In this document: positions 57,456-64,000 of the stretch, piece after piece
Layout: the number at the start of each line of letters is the position of its first letter
Numbering within the stretch: the stretch's first letter is position 1
Assembly: GCA_963716725.1 (NCBI GenBank)
Contig: CAVQUB010000008.1
Span: forward strand, 288,001-352,000
Source: an uncultured delta proteobacterium
GTDB taxonomy: Bacteria; Myxococcota_A; Polyangia; Polyangiales; Polyangiaceae
DNA length: 64,000 bases
Direction: 5' to 3'
The notes under the pieces: generated by a model
Database searches by the model: none
The model's input: only the letters and a program-made list of their open reading frames with translations
Told to the model about the DNA's origin: nothing
Made by a program: the position numbers and the translations under genes

Positions 57456-58082
57456 ATGACCCCTCGCCTCGCATCGGGCCTGTTCGTCCTCTCGCTGAGC
57501 GCCGGCGCCATCGCGAACGGTCGACCCGAGGTCTACATTCACGACGGGTTCTACGCGCGCCTGGGCGCCGGTCCCGGCTACGTGTTCGGCGCGAGCGAGC
57601 CCGACCGAAGTGGCGCCAGCGCCAGCGTTTCGGGGTTCGCGCTCTCCTCCGAGTTCGCCTTCGGCGGCACGCTCGCGGCCGGCCTCGTGCTCGGCGGGGG
57701 CAGCTTCTCGATGGCGGTGCCCTCCCCGAAGTACGCAGCTGACGCGGGCCCCGATCTCGATGTCGGGGCGCACCACGTCTCGGGAGTTGGTCCCTTCGTC
57801 GACTACTACTTCGACCAACGCAAGGGCGCGCACGTGCAGGCGGCGTTGCTACTGAGCGGCGTGTTCGTCCAGGAGAAGGGCGCGCTGGAGTCGGCGTCAG
57901 GGTTCGGCTTCGGCGCGATGCTCGGCGGTGGATACGAGGCCTGGGTGAGCCACGAATGGAGCATCGGTCCCATCCTGCGGGTGACCGTTTACAACGACGC
58001 GTTGGAAGGCAGCGACAGCGGCGCCAAGGCGACGCTGCGCATGTTCGTGCCGTCGCTGCTGTTTGGCGCGACGTATCACTGA
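57456..58082 (+). CDS. Small outer-membrane beta-barrel protein
   Basis: Signal peptide; HDGFYARLGAG, GPFVDYY, GGGYEAWV, terminal ATYH. Confidence 0.7.
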   Translation: MTPRLASGLFVLSLSAGAIANGRPEVYIHDGFYARLGAGPGYVFGASEPDRSGASASVSGFALSSEFAFGGTLAAGLVLGGGSFSMAVPSPKYAADAGPDLDVGAHHVSGVGPFVDYYFDQRKGAHVQAALLLSGVFVQEKGALESASGFGFGAMLGGGYEAWVSHEWSIGPILRVTVYNDALEGSDSGAKATLRMFVPSLLFGATYH

Positions 58083-58116
58083 CCGGCGTATGCCAGCGGG
58101 CGCTTTGGCCCGTGTC

Positions 58117-58509
58117 TCACTTGCAGCTGAAGCCGCCGCCGCTCCAGCCCTGACCCGAGCCGGCCGCTGCGAAGCAAGCAGCAGCCATTTGTTTCATGTA
58201 CGTCTTGGTGGGCTCCGGCGCGCTCTCGGCGTTCTGCGCGACGGCCTGACAGCACTTCTTCATGCTGGACGAGCTGCCACCGCCGACCCTCTTGGCGTCT
58301 GCGTCGGCGTCGCCGGGTGCGTCCTCCCCTGCGTCTTCGACCTCGAGCACCAGCGGTGCTGCGGGCGTGCTCGCCGGCGCCGCTGACGGCAGGGGCGGCG
58401 GCGGATCGTCCTTCTTGCAACCGGAGCAGCCCTGGGCAGCGACAGGCAAGAACAGGCCGAGCGCGATGGGTGCGAACAGGGAATGGGTCAGCGAACGTGC
58501 CGTCTTCAT
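58117..58509 (-). CDS. Small lipoprotein
   Basis: GGAGG RBS; AQGCSGC, Pro linker, CC...C...C. Confidence 0.7.
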   Translation of the reverse strand: MKTARSLTHSLFAPIALGLFLPVAAQGCSGCKKDDPPPPLPSAAPASTPAAPLVLEVEDAGEDAPGDADADAKRVGGGSSSSMKKCCQAVAQNAESAPEPTKTYMKQMAAACFAAAGSGQGWSGGGFSCK

Positions 58510-58595
58510 CGATCCTCCAGCCAAGGTCCTACCATGACCGGCGGCCGGGCACACGGCTCGCTGCGCCGACGTCCGACCCCGGGCGCGCGCCAGTT

Positions 58596-59453
58596 TCAGC
58601 CGAGCAGCGCACGCAGGGTGGGCTCGTGGGCCTCGCTCTCGGCCTCACCTTGGGCGATCACACGCTCCACGTGCTGGCCTTCGGTGTAGTCCCACGCGCT
58701 CACCTCGATGGGGCGCCGGGGCCCGACGTAAAAGCGGATCTCGCTCGCGGGCGGGTCGCGGCAAGGTTGCGTCAGCACCACCAAGTTGCGACGCACGGCG
58801 GGCACCTGCTCGGCGATGAAGGCGGGTGCGGCATCGATCAGCCCACCGTCAATCAGCCGCTCGCCCCCGGCGCGGCCCACGGGAACGAAGGGCGGCGTTG
58901 CGGATGAAGCGAGCACGACCTCGGCGACCTTCTCGGCGGTCTCGCAGCTGCGAAGATCGCTGACCACCGATCGGAAGCCGGCGCGCGCCGCGAAGCTCAG
59001 GTGCAGTCGATGGGGGTGCAGGCGCCGCTCCAAGCGGTACATCCCGAGCCCGACCAGCAGCGCCGCGGCGGTCGGCACGCGCCGGGGAATGGCCGCGCTC
59101 AGCGCGAGCACGGGGAAGGGCTGCGCGCGCAAGCGCTCCAGGCCACCGTCGCGCATCGCGTGCAAGAGCAGCTCCCGGTAGATGCGCGCGTGCGGCGCGG
59201 GGTTCTGTCCCCGGAGCAACTGTCGCGGATCGAAGTTCTTGTCGAGTCCCCGGCGGAGCTCGTGCCAGCGCTCGCGCGTCTCGTTCTGCCGGCCAGAGAG
59301 CAGCACGACCGCAACGCAGGCACCGGCGCTGCATGCCGCCATGGCTGCGACGCGAGGCAGGATCCGATCGCCCCAACGATTCATCAGCCCGAGCTGGTAG
59401 AAGGCCCGGTTGCCACCGCCCGCGAAGGTCAGTCCCAGGTCGCGCGCGGTCAT
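58596..59453 (-). CDS. Patatin-like phospholipase
   Basis: GGGNR, ACSAG nucleophile elbow, ASSATP, DGG. Confidence 0.85.
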   Translation of the reverse strand: MTARDLGLTFAGGGNRAFYQLGLMNRWGDRILPRVAAMAACSAGACVAVVLLSGRQNETRERWHELRRGLDKNFDPRQLLRGQNPAPHARIYRELLLHAMRDGGLERLRAQPFPVLALSAAIPRRVPTAAALLVGLGMYRLERRLHPHRLHLSFAARAGFRSVVSDLRSCETAEKVAEVVLASSATPPFVPVGRAGGERLIDGGLIDAAPAFIAEQVPAVRRNLVVLTQPCRDPPASEIRFYVGPRRPIEVSAWDYTEGQHVERVIAQGEAESEAHEPTLRALLG

Positions 59454-59653
59454 GCTGCGATTCTGCCCGGGATGCGTCGGCGCACAACGCTGAACAGGAG
59501 TTCGAAATCCGATCGACGTTTGCCGCCCAGTCCAGCCAGCGTGGCAGCATGCGTGTTCTCTTCGCTGGCCTCGGTCCGCCGCCAACCTGAGGGGCTCGGC
59601 CCGGGCTCGGCTGGACAGGCCTCGAGTTTGCTGGTCCTCTAGAGGCGAACGTC

Positions 59654-59908
59654 ATGCACGTGGAACGAGCCGATGTGATGGCGCTTTCCCGGGCCATCCT
59701 CGGGATTCACGACGCCGCCGCGATCCCGGCCTTTCGCACGCGGGTGATGCGCGCCGTCGCCGAAATTGCCCGCGCAGACATCGTCTCGTTCAACGAAGTC
59801 GAGCCTGGCGCCGGTGGCCTCGTCTACTTCGACGAGCCGGTCGGCGCCTGCATCTTCGATCCGGACGCGACGGCGATCTTCCCATTCCCGCTAGATGTCT
59901 CCGCATGA
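59654..59908 (+). CDS. Short ORF resembling a truncated GAF-like sensor N-terminus
   Basis: 84 aa; AGAGG RBS; no HTH follows; ATGA overlap with the next gene. Confidence 0.4.
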   Translation: MHVERADVMALSRAILGIHDAAAIPAFRTRVMRAVAEIARADIVSFNEVEPGAGGLVYFDEPVGACIFDPDATAIFPFPLDVSA

Positions 59909-60990
59909 GCGTGGGACTCGCAGACGTCTTGGGTCGACCCATGCCCGGGGTGGCACGCATCGTGCTGGAGCACTGGCGCTGCGAGAGGTTCCGGCCCATC
60001 GCCATCCTCGAGTACTCGCTCGGATTCGCGTGCCTCTTGTGTGTATTGCCGCTCTTGATACTGGCGGCGCTGTTCACGGAGACGGACCTCGCACTGCCCA
60101 ACGTCAAGTCGCGCTTCTACCACCGCTGGCATCAACTTCGCCTGCAGCTGGTCGATGCCCAAGGGCAAGTCGTGGCAAGCGTCGACCACATTCCGGCGAG
60201 CGCCGAGCAAGGTTACGCGGTCGTTTCGAGCGTGCTCGAAGCAGCGAGCCGCGAGGGCATCGTGGTGGTCGAGGTCATCGTCAACGGTGCGATTCGACAG
60301 GTCGCGGAGGTCTGGTACGGCGGCCGACCGCTGCTCGCCCACCCGGAGGAAGCGAACGAGGAGCGCGCAGCGCTCTTGCTCCGACAGCACGGGATCGATG
60401 TCCGAAGTGATGGCGAAGCACTCTACATCGTCGAAAAATCCCGGCCAATCAGCGGTGGGCAGCGGGTCTTGGGCTGGCTCTTGCTCCCGCTGGTGATGCC
60501 CTTCGTTCCGGTCCTGGCGCTGAGCGAAAAGGGCCGCCGTGCGTTGCGCCACTCGTGGGCGGATCTCCGCGCGGGTGGGTCGCAGACCAGCCAAGTCGTG
60601 TGCGTTCGCGCCGAGAGCATCACCACCTACCGCGAGCGCAGGGACGAGAAGTGGGACGAGCAGATCATCGACGGCGCCGAGTTGCTCGGGGTCACTTTCT
60701 CTCCCGCCCTGGGATACGACACCGACGTAACGCCATCCCCCGCGACGCTGCGACTGATCGGGCGACGGCAGTCGGCGACGCTGCCCCTCTCGCGCGCGGG
60801 CGAGGCCGAACGCGCGCTACGGGACCTACTCGTGGGGGCGACGCTGCGTCTACGGCGCGCGCGTCCTGAACTCGGTCTCCTGGGAACGGGTCCGCACCCC
60901 ACGCGCTGTCCGTTCTGCGCGGCGCTCTACGTGATGGAGCCGTCGAGTCGCTGTCCGAGTTGCGGCGCGTTCGCGGGAACAACGCCCTAG
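59905..60990 (+). CDS. Hypothetical membrane protein with C-terminal zinc ribbon
   Basis: Two hydrophobic segments; CPFC...CPSC. Confidence 0.65.
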   Translation: MSVGLADVLGRPMPGVARIVLEHWRCERFRPIAILEYSLGFACLLCVLPLLILAALFTETDLALPNVKSRFYHRWHQLRLQLVDAQGQVVASVDHIPASAEQGYAVVSSVLEAASREGIVVVEVIVNGAIRQVAEVWYGGRPLLAHPEEANEERAALLLRQHGIDVRSDGEALYIVEKSRPISGGQRVLGWLLLPLVMPFVPVLALSEKGRRALRHSWADLRAGGSQTSQVVCVRAESITTYRERRDEKWDEQIIDGAELLGVTFSPALGYDTDVTPSPATLRLIGRRQSATLPLSRAGEAERALRDLLVGATLRLRRARPELGLLGTGPHPTRCPFCAALYVMEPSSRCPSCGAFAGTTP

Positions 60991-60991
60991 T

Positions 60992-62587
60992 GGCAAGGAA
61001 TTCGCACCCACTGCGAAGCTCGCCGCGACCGGTGGGACGCCGACCCTGCTCGGGTCGATCGGCTTTGACAACTGGTACGCGATGGCGGTGAACGCCAGCG
61101 CCGTGTTTGTCGGCCGTGGAAACGGCGTGGTCAACGGCTACCCGATTGCAGGCGGCTCCGGCACGACCGTCGCGCCCCCGTTGGAAGGAGGCGGCTACCT
61201 CGCCGTCGATGCCACCACCGTGTATGTGGGGCGCGAGTACTCGAAGATCTTCACGGCGCCGGCCGCTGGCGGCGGCACCGTCACCGAGCTCTGGGGCAGC
61301 CTAGTCACCAAGACACCGTTCGCTGCAGACGCGACCCCGCGACGCCTGCAAGAGCGAGAAGGATTGTGTCCCCGGACAGCTCTGCGTCACCGCGGTCTGC
61401 GCGTCGAAGGACGAGCTCGACAAGAACGGTCAGTTGGCGCCACTGGCTGGCTCGGATGGCGGCGCCAACGCCTGCGAGTACAACTCCGACTGCCCCGACC
61501 AGCAGATCTGCCGGCCGCAAGCCATTTGCGGTCTCGAGTGCAAGGGCGCCAAAGACTGCGGAGCGGGACGCAGACCAGCGAGCAGTTCGTGTTCGAGCCG
61601 AGCGGCGATGTGATCCTGGTCGGCCGCTCCACCGCCGCCAGCGGACTCGACTTCGGCGGCGCGGCGCTGACCTGCGGAGACCAGGCCGTGTTTCTGGCGC
61701 GCTTCGCCGGCGCGGACGGCGCGTACAAATGGTCCAAATGTTTGGGCTCCGGAGTCGAAACCGTGACGAGCGCGGTGCTCGACGGCAGCGGAAACCTGGT
61801 GATCTCCGGGACGCTCGCCAGCGGCGCGACTGACTTCGGTACCGGCGCCCTCGTCGCGCAAGGCCTCGACATGTTCGTGGCGTCCTTCGCCCTGGCGAAC
61901 GGCGCGGCGGTCGCGGCAAAGCGATTCGGAGGCGCGGGCGACGACTACGGATACGATCTGGCGCGGGCGTCGGACGGAAGCTACGCGCTGGTCGGCTCCT
62001 GTTCGGGCAACGTGGACTTCGGAGGCGGACTCGTCACGGTGGGCAAGGGCGCCTCGGATCTGTGCGTCGTCCGGATGAGCTCGAGCTGGGCCCCGACCTG
62101 GGTGCGCCAGCTCGGTGATCTGGGCGCGGATCGCGCGCGCGTGGCCGCCTTCACCCCGAGCGGCAAGCTGATGGTGACCGGCATCTTCAACGGTCAGGTC
62201 GATTTCGACACCGGGGTCGTGGAGATCGGGAAAGGGAGCGACGACCTCGTATTGGCGCAAATGAACGCGACGACCGGCGCCATCGAGTGGCACAAGGTCT
62301 TTGCATCGGCTACCGCCGAAGAGGCCACGGACTTGGCCGTCACTTCGACCGGTGACCTGATGCTCTTTGGTCGCGTGCACAACGCGCTCTCCTTCGGCGG
62401 TGCGCCAGTCGACCCAGGTCCCTTCTGCGTCAAGCTCACCTCGACGGGCTCGTTCATCTGGGGCTGGGCGTACAACAACGGCTCGGACTGGATGCCGAGT
62501 TCCATGGCGCTCACTCCGAGCGGTGGCGCCATGGTCGGCGTCTACAAGGGCGGCTTTGGAGCGAGCGGCCTCGTGCTCACGCCCTGA
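60992..62587 (+). pseudogene. Mosaic, 5'-truncated beta-propeller gene containing an out-of-frame Cys-rich block
   Basis: No signal peptide; propeller repeats (DFGGG, W...FG, G.l..tG); 61341-61568 reads as Cys-rich repeats in another frame. Confidence 0.6.
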
Positions 62588-62776
62588 GCAGGGTCGGGTC
62601 CCATGCGCCCACCTCGACTCGGGGTTTCACTCCGAGCAACCCAGGCCGTCAGATCAGTCTGAGCCCGAACAGGCCGACACCAGCGCTAGCAGCGCCGGAA
62701 CTCGAAGCACGCGACATCGACTCACGGAATTCTTCCCGTCAGTGGTCCGTCGGGTGCGCGATGTTAGCATGGCGCC

Positions 62777-64000
62777 ATGCCGGGCTCGGGAACGTTGTCA
62801 CCAGGTTCGATGTTCGGAGACTTCCGGATCGTCGAGCTCCTCGCCGATGACGCAGGTCTCGCGCTGTACGCGGTCGATCGCTTGGGTGCACCGGCCGCGT
62901 TGCGCGTGTTTCATCGCTTTGGCCCTCTCGACGGGGGCGACTCCGGAAAGCTCACCGAGGCCGCGCTCGCGGGCGCCGCCGTCGGCAGCGACAAGGTCCC
63001 GAGCGTGAGGCTGGCCGGCGTCGATCCGACAACCGGCGTTGCGTGGGTCGCCACGGATCCCGTCGCGGGCAAATCCCTCGCGAGCACGCTGAAGGAGGGC
63101 GAACCCCTCGACCCAGGCCTCGCCCTCGCTGTGATCGCGGATGTTGCCGAAGCCCTCGGTCGCGCTCACGTGGCTGGTCAAGCTCATGGCGAGCTCACCA
63201 CCGTCAGCATTTTCGTCGCTGACTCAGCCGGCGGCCCGACGGTGAAGCTGCTCGACCTAGGAACGCTGCGCTGGCTCAACCAACGCCACCCGGACAGCAC
63301 CCAGGCGCTCGGCTTCCGCGAGTGCCTGCCCCCGGAGCAACTGCAACAGGGCGCGGCCGCGGCGCCCCCGGCAGACACTTGGGCCCTCGGGCTCTTGGCG
63401 TTCCGACTCCTCGTGGGTCGGAGTTACTGGCTGCACACGAGCACCGCCGAGGTGGTCGATGAAATCACCGCGCAGCCCCTGCCCAGCGCATCGAAGCGCG
63501 TGCGAGATCTCGGCTCCCCCGTCATGCTGCCGCCCGGCTTCGACGAGTGGTTCGCGCGCTCGGTGACCCGTGATCCCAAGAGGCGCTTTGCTCACGGCAG
63601 CGACGCCGCACAGGCTCTCCGGCCGCTGCTCTCCGCCGTTCGAGCCGCGGCGGCAGCGGCAGCGGCAGCGGTCCCGCCGTGGGGCGCAATTGCAGCGCCC
63701 GCGACGCCCGCAGCGGCCCCTCCGATTGCCGAAGCCCCCGCCCAATTCGGTGCTCCGCCAGCTGCCTTTTCCCCCTACGCGGCGGGACCGTTCCCGCCAC
63801 CGCGTCCGACCGACCGCGCTGGCGGTGGTGGTGGCGGAAGCGGCGCCCCCGTGCTGGCCGTGATCGTCGGCCTCTTGTTGGTCGTCGGTGTGATCGGTGT
63901 GATCGGCGCCTTCGGCGTCGGCGGGGTCTTGGCCTATCGCAGGGGGCGAGTCAGCAAACCCCACGCAACGGCAGGTGCGCCTGCAGGTATTCCGCCCAGC
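62777..64000 (+). CDS. Membrane-anchored Ser/Thr pseudokinase (runs off the window)
   Basis: Manual translation MPGSGTLSPGSMFGDFRIVELL...HGELT...KLLDLG...PPEQ...DTWALG...RDPKRRF, Pro/Ala linker, TM helix. Not in the ORF track. Confidence 0.82.
   Translation, partial: MPGSGTLSPGSMFGDFRIVELLADDAGLALYAVDRLGAPAALRVFHRFGPLDGGDSGKLTEAALAGAAVGSDKVPSVRLAGVDPTTGVAWVATDPVAGKSLASTLKEGEPLDPGLALAVIADVAEALGRAHVAGQAHGELTTVSIFVADSAGGPTVKLLDLGTLRWLNQRHPDSTQALGFRECLPPEQLQQGAAAAPPADTWALGLLAFRLLVGRSYWLHTSTAEVVDEITAQPLPSASKRVRDLGSPVMLPPGFDEWFARSVTRDPKRRFAHGSDAAQALRPLLSAVRAAAAAAAAAVPPWGAIAAPATPAAAPPIAEAPAQFGAPPAAFSPYAAGPFPPPRPTDRAGGGGGGSGAPVLAVIVGLLLVVGVIGVIGAFGVGGVLAYRRGRVSKPHATAGAPAGIPPS

Noticed and set aside
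59460..59585. Minus-strand SIGFR as an FGE-sulfatase remnant
   Set aside because: Too short, with no other supporting motifs.

Overview
High-GC chromosomal segment. The gene content (Gly-linker/Cys-rich lipoproteins, a MYXO-CTERM-like tail, several Hanks-type kinases, an FHA-sigma54 activator) points to a myxobacterium, probably Polyangiales-like; this is an inference. Recognisable genes: grpE-dnaK (partial), pcrA/uvrD, a livKHMGF operon, dipeptidyl-peptidase III, a heterodimeric ABC exporter, a TetR-RND efflux operon, an Omp85/BamA-family protein, mutM, a hybrid histidine kinase, pterin-carbinolamine dehydratase, SelO/YdiU, a transglutaminase-like protein and a patatin. About nine single-base insertions break or fuse genes and are probably sequencing errors; one creates the apparent 1302-aa kinase-helicase fusion. 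I found no rRNA, tRNA, CRISPR array, transposase or integrase. No complete new system can be demonstrated. The best leads are small exported proteins built from repeated Cys motifs (CxPP[YF]xVDPxG..KPECL x2; [PS]Q[PA]CL x3), a Tudor-like/Gln-rich protein paired with a Zn-ribbon membrane protein, a duplicated pcrA 3' end flanking a small gene, a recurring leaderless-type promoter layout, a membrane pseudokinase and several gene remnants. All family calls come from motif recognition by eye, not from database searches.
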